Shown here piece after piece: positions 12,401 to 23,970 of a stretch of 64,000 nt of DNA; the stretch's first letter is position 1, and each line of letters begins with the position of its first letter. This stretch comes from Malacoraja senta (taxonomy: Eukaryota), in NCBI GenBank assembly GCA_038087875.1, contig CM075987.1, forward strand, positions 23,748,001 to 23,812,000. Direction: 5' to 3'. The notes beneath the pieces were generated by a model. That model saw nothing but the letters and a program-made list of their open reading frames with translations. It ran no database searches and was not told where the DNA came from. Position numbers and translations under genes: made by a program.

Positions 12401-15400
12401 TCTCTGGAAATAGACACAAATGCTGGAGTAACTCAGCGGGACAGGCAACTTCTCTGGAGAGAAGGAATAGGTGGCTTTCGGGTCGAGACCCTTCTTCAGA
12501 CTAAGAGTCCAGGGGAGAGGGAATCTAGAGATATGGAAGGGTACACAGAGCATGTAAGGTGTGAAAAGGACAGGATCAAAGCAAACTACGATCAGGAAGA
12601 CAGTGAAACAAGTCAGAGAACTAGGGTGGGGGAGGGACAGAGAGAGAGGGAAAGCAAGGGTTACTTGAAGTTAGAGAAATCAATGTTGAAACCGCTGGGG
12701 AACATGGATAGGCGATGTTTCGGGTCGAGACCCTTCTTCCTCATTCTTCTTGGATTGGATGCATTGCAAAACGAAAGGTTTATACATGTGAAATATATGT
12801 TTGTGAGAAGCAGGAGAAACTCTCTGGCCAATGCAAAAACTGAAATGTGACCTCTTTGCCAAGTTGTCAAACGACCAAGACCTTTTGTAACAAGACCTTT
12901 TGTGCGGTAAGAATAAGTTTCCTGAATATCCTAGTAATTCCCCGAATACCTGCTGTGCCTGTCATACCTGTTCACCACATAAGAGTATTGTGTGCTGTGA
13001 GAAAGGTATTCAAATAAGAATGAGAATTAAACAAATGGGAAATCAGAAATGTGATCTATGCAGCCGAGTGATAAGGGGAAATGATTTTGAATGCTGAGCA
13101 GGCTGAAGTATTCAATTTCATGAAGAATTTTAGTTGAAGTATTCACTCTCTGCTCGCCCTTCCCCCCTCCATTGTAAAAGGCACCCGGGGTGGTGTATTT
13201 TTTTCATCACCGGGAAGAAGTGAGTCAGGTGTAGAATGTGGAGGGGGATTTTATGAAGAATTTTATTTGAATTGAGAAATGAACAAAAGGGACTAAAAGT
13301 GGTTTTATTCATTTAAGGGCTAGAGTGTAAGTGAGTTTTGCATGAGAGCGGATGAAAGATTGTAACCAAAAGCTGAAGTATGAAAGACTTAGATCGATGC
13401 ACGGATACAGACACTGCGAACAAAATCGCAGCCCTGGGCTTCCGAGTGAGTCATTCTGTGACACATTTGGAGAAATTGCAGAGATTTGACAGAAACCCCA
13501 TATAAATGCAAATCCTTTATTCTTTTCTCTGAAGAAGCGTGTTACCAGAAAGAGGATGAGTTGCAGGCATCACCGTCAAGCAGATCTAAATGGCTAAATG
13601 CTATTTGCAACCGAGCCAAAATAAATAACCATTTGTTAGGCCCCGACTCTTGTGAAAACACATACGAAAGGACATAGCTCGAGGATTGGCTTGTTAGTAG
13701 GAGAATGCTTCAGTGCAATTGCTAACCAGGTCGTCCGATATAGAAAGGCAAGGGAAGACACAAAATGCTGGAGTAACTCAGCGGGACAGGCAGCATCTTT
13801 GGAGAGAAGGAATGGGTGACGTTTTGGGTCGAGACACTCCTTAAAACTGAGAATCAGGGGAGAGGGTGGCTAAAGGTACGGAAAGGTAAGGTGTGAAAGC
13901 GACAGATCAAAGCAGACGATGATAAGGAAATGTGGAATGGTTCATTGTTGGCTGAGGGGAAGGTGAGAAGGAGGCATACAGTCAGTAAAATGAATCAGAA
14001 GGACAGTGTGAAACAAGTCAGAGAGCTAACAAATGGAAGCAGGCAGAGATATCTGGGCCTTTGTCTCTGCTCCTTCTCTCACCAAGATCATGGGTAATCT
14101 TTGAAATGAATATTGTCACGCGACAAGTCACAGTGAAATTCTTTGCTTGCATACCTGAGTTATGCAAATAGTCGCCCATAAAGGGGGCTTACAAAGTTAC
14201 AAATTCCCCCCCTCCCCCCCGTGCCAGGTTCCCCTTTGTTCTCCCCCCCTCCTCACGCCCCCCCCCCCCCCGAGGCCAGGTCCTCCATTGTCTATTGTTC
14301 TTCGTCTTGGGAGTGTGGGAGGAAACCGAAGATGTCGGAGAAAACCCACGCAGAACATGGGGAGAACGTACAAACTCCGTACAGGCAAGCACCCGCAGTG
14401 GGGATCGAACCCTCCCGGGTAAGGCAGCAATTCTACCGCTGCGCCACCGTAACGCCCAATGACTCAATGCCACATTTAACAGCGTAAGAAAACTGGGTGT
14501 TTAAAGATCACAACCTTCCATTTGTGCTGTGATGTTTATGCACCAGAAAAGGAATGGAGGAGGGAAGAGAAATGAAGACTTAGATCACTGAACTGCCATT
14601 TTGAATTGTCCTTGGCATGTAGGTGAGTGGTGGAATCTGGAGGGAGTTAATGGGAATGTGGGGAGAATAAAAAAATAATAGGATGATTGTGGGATTGGTA
14701 GAAATTAGTTTAGTTTAGTTGAGAGATCAAGCGTGGAAACAGGCACTTCGGCCCACCAGGTCCACACTGACCAGCGATCCCCGCAAATTAACATCATCCT
14801 ACACTAGGGACAATTTTTATAATTATACCAAGCCAATTAACCTACAAGCCTGTACGTCTTTGGAGTGTGGGAGGAAACCGAAGTTCTCGGAGAAAACCCA
14901 CGCAGGTCACGGGGAGAACGTACAGACAAGCACCCGTAGCCAGGATCGAACCCGGGTCTCTGGCGCTGTCAGGGGTGCAAGGCAGCAACTCTACCGCTGT
15001 GCCACCGTGCCGCCCAAAGTGGGCGCTTCATGGTCAGCGTTGACCTGTTCCTGTGCTGCATCTCTGACTCCACGCATTGGATCGTTAACAAATGTTAAAA
15101 CTGTTTTTGTTGATCTTGAAGTGTGAAATCCTGAAATAGTTAAATAAAACTGTGAAATCAAGTGATTTGTGCTCATTCAACACAGAGACACTTAATACAA
15201 GAAATGGAAATCTGCAGCTTCCACACATGGCGTACCGCCTCCCAGGGGAACATTAATGCAGCATTAATATGGATCAATGAGGATTAATTATTTATATTAA
15301 TAAAACATAATATGCAAAAAAAACCTTGTTAGTTCTTGAAATTGGATTGTGTGATTCTCATTTTTGATTAGTGTGAATAAATCAGGCAGGACTAGTCTGT

Positions 15401-15505
15401 GCTGGAGAGAGACACAACATGCTGGAGCAACTTAGCAGGTCAGGCAGCATCTCTGGAGAAAAGGAATAGGCGACGTTTCGGGTCGAGACCCTTCTTCAGA
15501 CTGTC

Positions 15506-15815
15506 AGGGCCTGTCCCCACTGTATGAGGTAATTCAAGAGCTCTCCTGAGTAAAAAAAAAAAATCAAACTCGTGGTAAGAACGTAGAATGTACGTAGCGG
15601 CTACGTCGGAGCTCGTGGATGTCTCGTAGAGGCTCGTAACGCTAACGGCAGGTACTCGGGAAACGCGGCGAGCTCGTGAAGTTTTTTCAGCACTGTGAAA
15701 AATGTCCACGAGATCCCCGAGTACCTACGAGCGGGTATTACCGTAATTCTACGAGTTCGAATCAGGGGAAACTCGGGGGAATTCTTGAATTAGCTCGTAC
15801 AGTGGGACAGGCCCT
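15506..15815. mobile_element. PIF/Harbinger-like MITE
   Basis: AGGGCCTGTCCC..GGGACAGGCCCT TIRs. Internal sequence shared with the 6342 and 9182 copies. Confidence 0.75.
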
Positions 15816-15847
15816 TTAGAGTCAGGGGAAAGGGAAACTAGAGGTAT

Positions 15848-16073
15848 TGTACTGAGACCAGGCAGGTTGAGCGAAATGTTCTTTATTAACGATAACAAAT
15901 GCTCAAAGTACCGCATACCTAGTCAAGAATTAACGATTAAAGCTCCTGTCCATGCGAGGAGCACTAACTACTTATTACTCTCAACAGTCCGCGACCGAAC
16001 CCCCGGTCATGTGATAGTCCCGACCAATGACGAGGATTCTGAATGCCCAGCTTCACCACTAGGTGCCGCTACA
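15848..16073 (-). mobile_element. Solo LTR (226 bp) inserted in a Penelope fragment
   Basis: TGT...ACA termini, 4-bp TSD GTAT (15844-15847, 16074-16077), AATAAA on the minus strand. Confidence 0.7.
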
Positions 16074-16222
16074 GTATGATGAGGATCAGAACAGATCCGA
16101 GCCGGCACCGATGACCAAAGAAAGGTGGAGCCCACAATGGTCCATTGTTGGCTGTGGAAAAAGTGACAACGAAGGGATACAGATAGTGAAACTAGCAGGC
16201 CGACTAGGGTGGGGGAAGGATG

Positions 16223-16259
<37 letters not shown>

Positions 16260-18761
16260 CAAGGGTTACTTGAAATTAGAGAAATCAAAATTCTTACCGC
16301 TGGGTTGTAAAACCCCTCTGTCTATGCTGGACATGGTTCTGGAGGCAATGGATAGGAGACCCCAGGCAGTCTGTATGTTTGGTTCAGTGGTTCAACATGG
16401 AAACCGACCCTTCGGCCCACTGAGTCCACGCTGACCATCGATCGCCCATTCGCACTTGTTCTGTGTCATCCCACTTTCTCATCCACTCCCAGCACACGAG
16501 CGACAATGTTTCAGCAGCTAATTAACCTGCAAACCCGCACGACTTTGGGACATGGGAGGAAATTGGCGCACCCGGTGGAAACCCACGGGGTCACATGGAG
16601 AACGGGCAAACTCCACATGTACAGCACCCAAGGGAAGGATTGAACCCGGGTCTCTGGTGCTGTGAGGCAGCTGTGAGACTGTGAGCAGAAGGCAGGCATA
16701 AAGGCTGGAATTCTCTCGACTTCCTCCACAGAAGTGGCAATGAGAGAGAATTAATTCTCATCTCCCCTCCCCCGTCTCCAACCTGCTCCCTCCTGTGGAC
16801 GCCCGTATTTCTCACCCCTCCCCTATCTCCCCACCCATCCCTCTCCTGTTGCCTGTCCCACCTCTCTGTCCCTGCCTCCTGCTTCCGAAAGCAACGTTTC
16901 CTCACAAATTGAACGGACCCAGCCCAAAATGTTTTCTTTTCCCTTCAATGTAGTTGGGAACGAGAGCTCTCAGCTGTAAAAACAAATGTTTCTTCAGTGA
17001 TTGGATGCCCGCTGGGCAGGGCTGGGTGTGAGGGGAACAGAGCGGAGGGAGAAGAGTTTGAAGGGAGAGATTACTACATGGGCTGAGCACACACCAACAG
17101 CTCCACAGACCAACAATGTGGGAGAGGCTGGGTTATGATGGATGAGGTGGGGTGGGAGTGTAGGAATTAAGCTTAGTCTACAGTTGTTTTGCACTCTGGA
17201 GTTATTTTCCTCCAGATTCCACCCATCTCCGCCCTTTTTCATAGCTTCTTGATGAGTACGGGTGTCAGGAGTCATGGGGAGAGGGCAGGAGAATGGGGTT
17301 GAGAGGGAAAGATAGATCAGCCATGATTGAATGGCGGAGTAGACTCGATGGGCCGAACGGCCCAATTCTGCTCCCTTCACTGAGAATGGAGCTTTCTCCA
17401 TTCTCTCTTCAATGTGGGTTGGGACTCCAGAATCCAGTTTCATTTTAAACATTTTAAACATTTTAAACAGGTCAAACAAAAGCTTTCATAGCACTTTTGC
17501 ACTTTACTGCTGAATCTGAGTTAGGCACAACCTGCACGTTTTGTGTGATGTAGGATGTGGAGTGCAGGGATTGTGGTCACAATGTCCCTGTTCTTGCACT
17601 CGTATCGAGTCCCTTTAATTTATTTTGCTCTTCTCGTTAATCTTAAAGAACAAAAGACAGGGCATTTCTATACTAATTTACTCAATCTCAGGACAGACAC
17701 AAAAAAGCTGGAGTTAACTCAGCGGGTCTGGCAGCATCACTGGAGAAAAGGAATAGGTGACGTTTCAGGTCGAGACCCTTCTTCACGAGAGAGGGTATTG
17801 AAGAAGGGTCTCGTCCCACAGTGCTGAGTTTATAGAGAGTAGAGCAGGGGGGTGGAGCGTGCACTTGTGTTGTTGGGCAAAGGGGATCGTGTCGTGAACC
17901 ATCCGCACTGATTGAGGTTCGCTGACGTGGAAGTCAAGTGGTGAGTTATGGAGGGGAAAAAAAACAACCCAAAGTGCTGGAGGAACTCAGCGGGTCAGGC
18001 AGCATCTGTGGTGGGAATGGACAGGCGACATTTCGGGCCAGTATCCTTCTGAATTACTTTGTAATGATGGATGTAAATGCTACTGAATGGTCCTCGTTGC
18101 AGCAGATCACAAGGCTTGGATAGAGTGGATGTGGAGAGGATGTTTCCACTCATGGGAGAGTCTAGGACCAGAGGCCAAAGCCTCAGAATAATAGGACGTA
18201 CCTTTAGAAAGGAGATGAGGAGGAATATCTTTAGTTCCACATCTTTATCTTTATCTTTATCTTCCAGATTGTATATTGCAGTCAAAATTATTAAACTAGC
18301 TTATTTTTTCTCTATTTTCCCAAATGTTTAATCTAGTGGGTCCCTCAGATTTTTACTTTTCTGATCATTTTCAGGATTTATGTTATAATTTCAATTTGGG
18401 GAATTGTTCCCTCTCTGCAAGTCGTGTTGATCACCAACTGATTACACTGCAAACTGGTGTGAATGGTAAACATGATTAAGATACCATTCACGTTAGTTCT
18501 ATGTTATCCCACTTATGCATCTCACAGCCTCAGAATAAAAGGACGTTCCTTTAGAAAGGAGATGAGGGGGAATATCTTTAGTCAGAGGGTGGTGAATCAG
18601 TGGAATTCTTTGTCATAGACGGCTGTGGAGGCCAAGTCAATGGATATTTTGAAGATGGAGATTGATCGGTACTTGATTCGTACGGGTGTTATGGGGAGAA
18701 GGCAGGAGAATGGGGTTAGGAGGGAAAGATCGATCAGCCGTGATTGAATGGCGGAGTCGAC

Positions 18762-19104
18762 TTTTTTAAATTTTTTAATTTTTTAATTTATTAGAAGTAC
18801 ATTACATTACAACCAATTACATTAGTACTCATCACATATATCTTATTACAATTAATGTACTCCGTTTATTTTTTACACTAGTAAAGGGAAAGGATGAGAT
18901 TGAGAGAAAGAAGAAAGTGAAGGAAAAAAAGTGAAAGTGTAAAAAACGTGACAACAAAAAACAAAAAACAAAAAACAAAAAACAAAGACCCTGTAAGAAA
19001 GAAAGAGTTAAGAAATAGACCCTAAAAAAGAAGAAAAAAGAGAAAGTGGGAAAAGAGAAAAACAAATACTTTGTTGTAAGCATCATGCAAATGGGACATA
19101 CCAA
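18762..19104 (-). mobile_element. L1-like 3' UTR/poly-A fragment inserted in a CR1 tail
   Basis: A-rich tail, flanked by the approximate TSD ggcggagt(c/a)gac. Confidence 0.65.
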
Positions 19105-21540
19105 CGGCGGAGTAGACTTGATGGGCCGTATGACATAATTCTGCTATCACGACAACTTATGAACTCGGGATAGATGATCTCTTGAAACAACTGGAACCTC
19201 AGATGGCAGAGCAAGAGGCTGAAGATGCCCGTGACTATTCGAGCAAGATGTTTTAGCATTCCGCTAGATACGCTGTCTGAGTCAGTCGTTCTGCACCAAT
19301 GTGGTGGTTTTCAATGTAAAAAACACTCCAAGCTTTTTTCAAGAATCAGAAAGTTGAGACTGCTCATAAAAAAGGCATTAAATCTATGATAGACAAAAAT
19401 GCTGGAGAAACTCAGCGGGTGAGGCAGCATCTATGGAGCGAAGGAAATAGGCAACGTTTCGGGCCGGAACCCCGAAGGTCAAAGAGTTTGACCATCCCTG
19501 CAGAAATGCTGTTGGTGATTTGAGCTACTTCCATGTAAAGTTTAGCTTAGAGATACAGCGTTGAAAAAGACACCGAGTCCACGCTGACCAGCGATCACCC
19601 ACACACTAGGGACAATTTACAATTTTACAGAAGCCAATTAACCTACAAACCTGCACGTCTTTGGGATGTGGGAGGAAACCGGAACTCCTGGAAAAAACCC
19701 ATGTGGTCCCAGGGAGAACGTACAAACTCCACACAGACAGTAACGTGCATCCTGTTGTAACCGACTTGATTTTAATCACGCGCAGGCTTTTTGCTGACTG
19801 GATAGCAGGCACCAAAAAAAGTTTTTCACTGTACCTCGGTAGACGTGACAATAATAACCTGAATTAAAATAAACAAAACGAAACTAAACCCCTAGTCAGG
19901 ATCAGACCCGGGTCAGGATCAACTCTACCGCTGCGCCATCGTGCCACCCCAATCTGAGCAGTAAAGGCTGAATGTCAAAATTATCTTTCAATACATGTCC
20001 TGGCCATTAAATAATTGAGTGTGGAGTGACTTTGAGATGAGTTTGCTTTTCCCTTGAATCACGGCCTTCGTTACAGTCAGTAAACAACACAAGGCCACTA
20101 CTGCCAGAGCATGCAATAATTACCAGACTTCATCAGCCTGTATCAGCACCAGAATATAATCACCTCCTGAAGGCAGCTCATTATCATCACGTCTTCACAA
20201 GCAGGTTGCTGCTGATGTTTCCCGAAGATAATTGCTACCCAGAGACCTCCTGCAAGCCGACAGAGTTAAAATCATTTCCTTTTATGATTATTGAGTTCTG
20301 CGGTGATGCAGGGAGGCTGGGAGTAAAACAGCCGACTTTATCACAGCTGAAATGATGAAAAGCACTTGGAAAGGCTACAAACCGACTAGCTTTCATATTG
20401 ATCCTCTTGTAGATGGGCCCCCCCACACACACACTGGCCCTCACTGGGGTACAGCTCCCACACACACACACGGACCGTCACTGGGGTATGTGTGTGTGTG
20501 ACCCGTACCCCAGTGAGGGTCAGTGTGTGTGTGTGGGACCCCTACCTCAAGTCAAGTCAAGTCAAGTCAAGTGAGTTTATTGTCATGTGTCCCTGGTAGG
20601 ACAATGAAATTCTTGCTTTGCTTGAGCACAACAGAACATAGTAGGCATTTACTACAAGGGATTCTATAAATATATACACAATGGTCAATATACCTCCTGA
20701 CTTTGCTGCTGGATCAGGTAGATTCCTTTTGTACCAATAGATTTGTTGGTCTGAATCCTGAATGTACTCAACAACTTTGCGTTCACAGTTTTGAGGGAGA
20801 AGTTTCCAAAAATGTGCAGCTCTCGTGATGACGTGTGATGATCATTTGACGGCACTGGGCCTGTACTCGCTGGAGTTTAGAAGGATGAGTGGGGGACCTC
20901 ATTGAAACGTACCGAATAGTGAAAGGCCTGGATAGAGTGGATGCAGAGAGGATGTTTCCACCAGTGGGAGAGTCTAGCGCCAGAGGCCACATCCTCAAAA
21001 TAAAAGGATGGACATTTGGAAAGAAGATGAGGGGGTATTTATTTTATCAGACGGTGGTGAATCTATACAATTCATTGCGACAGACGGCTGTGGAGGCCAA
21101 GATATTGGGTATTTTTATGGCAGAGATTGACAGATTCCAGATTAGTCAGGGTGTCAAGGGTTATGGGGAGAAGGCAGGAGAATGGGGTTGAGAGGGAAAG
21201 ATAGATCAGCCATGATTGAATGGTGGAGTAGACTTGATGGGCTGAATGGCCTACTTCTGCTCCTATCACTTATGAACTTATTAGTCTTCTAACCTGAAAA
21301 TGGCCCGTTTCCTGGAGAGACAAGGAACTGCAGATGCTAGAATCTTCAGCAATATTTGGTGGAGTAGACGATGGCCCGAATGGCCTAATTCTGCTCCTAT
21401 GACATGAACTTAGAATACATTTTTACTTGGTACTGCAGGTGATTCCCCGTTATCTTGGGGCCACTGTCTTTGTTCTGGATGGTCCACTCCAAGCTAATGG
21501 CCGTGCAGAATCTCCCCTGCTAATCCTCGCTCACAACCAG

Positions 21541-21862
21541 GGGCGGCACAGTGGCGCAGCGGTAGAGTTGCTGCCTTACAGCGAATGCAGCGCCGGAGAC
21601 CCGGGTTCGATCCCCACTACGGGTGCTGTCTGTACGGAGTTTGTACGTTCTCCCCGTGAGCTGCGTGGGTTTTCTCAGAGATCTTCAGTTTCCTCCCACA
21701 CTCCGAAGACGTACAGGTTTGTAGGTTAATTGACTTGGCAAATGTAAAAAATTTCCCCTAGTGGGTATAGGATAGTGTTAGTGTGCGGGGATCGCTGGTC
21801 AGCACGGACCCGGTGGGCCGAAAGGGCCTGTTTCCGCGCTGTATCTCTAAACTAAACTAAAC
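21541..21862 (+). mobile_element. Full-length tRNA-derived V-SINE (HE1-like); more than 20 further copies or fragments occur (e.g. 4090-4350 -, 4870-5175 +, 14705-15014 -, 25115-25410 -, 25935-26212 -, 41675-41990 +, 44820-45090 -, 52072-52352 -, 58320-58615 +, 59093-59373 +, 60480-60705 -, 62668-62957 +)
   Basis: Pol III A box TGGCGCAGCGG and B box GGTTCGATCCC. V-domain (gtttgtacgttctccccgtg..ggtttcctcccacactccaaagac). CR1-like tail gggccgaagggcctgtttcc and (CTAAA)n end. Confidence 0.9.
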
Positions 21863-23236
21863 ACTGTGTGCTTCATTGAGATCACTTTCCATTCTTGGGC
21901 ACTCCAGCGAGCACAGGTCACTCCAGGAATGACTTCACGGAATAAATCGGGTGAACGCATTGTGCATTGCCTCTGAAGCAACCATGCTGTTTATTAGTAC
22001 AGAGACCAAAGCAGCAAACAGTACTCTCTGTGGTCTCACCCCAAAGCCCTTTGCAATTGTGGCTGGGATTTTTCTCTCGTGTGCTCCAGCACGGGCAATA
22101 AAAGACATTTATCAGATAATTACTTGCCTGATAACTTAAAACATGTGGGGAAGCAGCACACCAAGATCCCTCTGTACACCAGAAGATCCTTATCATTTGA
22201 AAAATGTTCTGTTTTCTATTCTTGCAAAATATTTTTCTCATGAATTCTCCAACGTTCTCTCTTCCCTCCTCATTTAACCTATACTTACCCCTCCATTTTT
22301 TTAAAACTCATTGTGCGATCTTCACAGCCTACTTTCTCATCTACCCTGGTATTTGTCGTAAACCTGGCTAGGTTACCCTGACTCAGTCTGAAGAAGGGTC
22401 TCGACCTGAAACGTCAACTCTTCCTTTTCTCCAGAGATGCTGCCTAACCCGCTGAGTTACTGCAGCTTTGTCTGTCTATTTTAGCTTACAAGTTGCCATT
22501 TCAAAACCTATGTGTCGGAAGGAACTGCAGATGTTGGTTTAAAACCAAAGACAGACACCAAGTGCCGGAGTAACTCAGCGAGTCAGACAGCATCTCTGGA
22601 GAAAAGGAATAGGCGATGTTTTGGGTCGAGACCCTTCTTCGGACCTGAAACGTCAACTATCCCTTTTCCCCAGAGATGCTGTCTGACCCGCTAAGTAACT
22701 CCAGGATTTTGTGTCTATCTTCACCTTTTCAAATGAGGTTGTTAAGATGGATTATAAATGACCAAAGCTTCGGAATCGATCATTGTGACCACACATTGGC
22801 AATTATTTAAAAAGGAACATGTTATATCTGTAGGGCTGGGGCAGTGATGTGTGAAGGAGAGTACATAGCTTCTTATTAATGCAGAATTCTAAAATATGAA
22901 TAATAAAAACAAGGAACTGCAGATTTTGGTTTCTACCAGAGATAGATAAAAAGTGCTGGAGTAACTCAGCGGGTCAGGCGGCATCTCTGGAGAAAAAGGA
23001 TGGGTGACGTTTTGGGGTGGGACCCTTCTTCAGACGGCTGTAGGATGGTCAGTCTGAAGAAAGGTCCTGACCCGAGGCGTCACCCAACCTTTTTGTCCAG
23101 AGATGCTGCCTGATCCACTGAGTTGCTCCAGCACTTTATGTCTAATATTTGAATGATTGAAGCAGAGCCAGTTTTATGTTTTGTTTTACACTGGAAAGTC
23201 TGTGTGTACATTTGTAGGTTCCCTACCACACAGTGG

Positions 23237-23970
23237 GTATGTATGTGTGTAAGGGTGTGTGTTTTAGCGTGTGTTAGTGTGTGTATGTTGGTGTATGTGT
23301 GTGTTTTAGCGTGTGTTAGTGTGTGTATGTGTGTGTTAGTGTGTGTATGTAGGTGTATGTGTGTGTTTTAGCGTGTGTTAGTGTGTGTATGTGTGTGTTA
23401 GTGTGTGTATGTAGGTGTATGTGTGTGTTTTAGTGTGTGTTAGTGTGTGTATTTGTGTGTTAGTGTGTGTATGTAGGTGTGTGTGTGTTTTAGTGTGTGT
23501 TAGTATGTGTATGTAGGTGTATGTGTGTGTGTTAGTGTGTGTTAGTGTGTGTATGTGTGTTAGTATGTGTATGTAGGTGTATGTGTGTGTTTTAGTGTGT
23601 GTTAGTGTGTGTATGTGTGTGTGTTTTAGTGTGTGTTAATGTGTGTGTAGATGGTTTATGCATGCAACCAATAATATAGCTACCTCAGTACCACTAACCA
23701 CGCCTTAGTTATCAAGTATAAGAACTCTATCTCCCGTGTGCTCCTCCCTTGGTTCCAGCATGATGACAGACTGGGTGCAGTCAGTGCTGGAAAGTGTTTA
23801 ACCTGTCTTATCATTAAACGTTAAGTAAAGCTTCTTTACATGGTGTCAGAAGTGTTTTAGCGTGTGTTGGTGTGTGTATGTGTGTGTTTTAGTGTGTGTT
23901 AGTGTGTGTATGTGTGTGTTTTAGCATGTGTTGGTGTGTGTATGTGTGTGTTTTAGTGTCTGTGTACGTG
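23237..23970. repeat. Compound TG-rich microsatellite/minisatellite (tgtgtgttttagtgtgtgttag units)
   Basis: Tandem imperfect units, interrupted by the LTR at 23646-23854. Confidence 0.92.
23646..23854 (+). mobile_element. LTR (195 bp) plus tRNA-Leu PBS remnant inside a TG-rich microsatellite
   Basis: TGT...ACA (23646-23840) directly followed by TGGTGTCAGAAGTG. TATA-like and ATTAAA signals lie inside. Confidence 0.7.

Noticed and set aside
21541..21620. tRNA-like sequence with A and B boxes
   Set aside because: It is the head of a V-SINE and continues into the SINE body. It is not a stand-alone tRNA gene.
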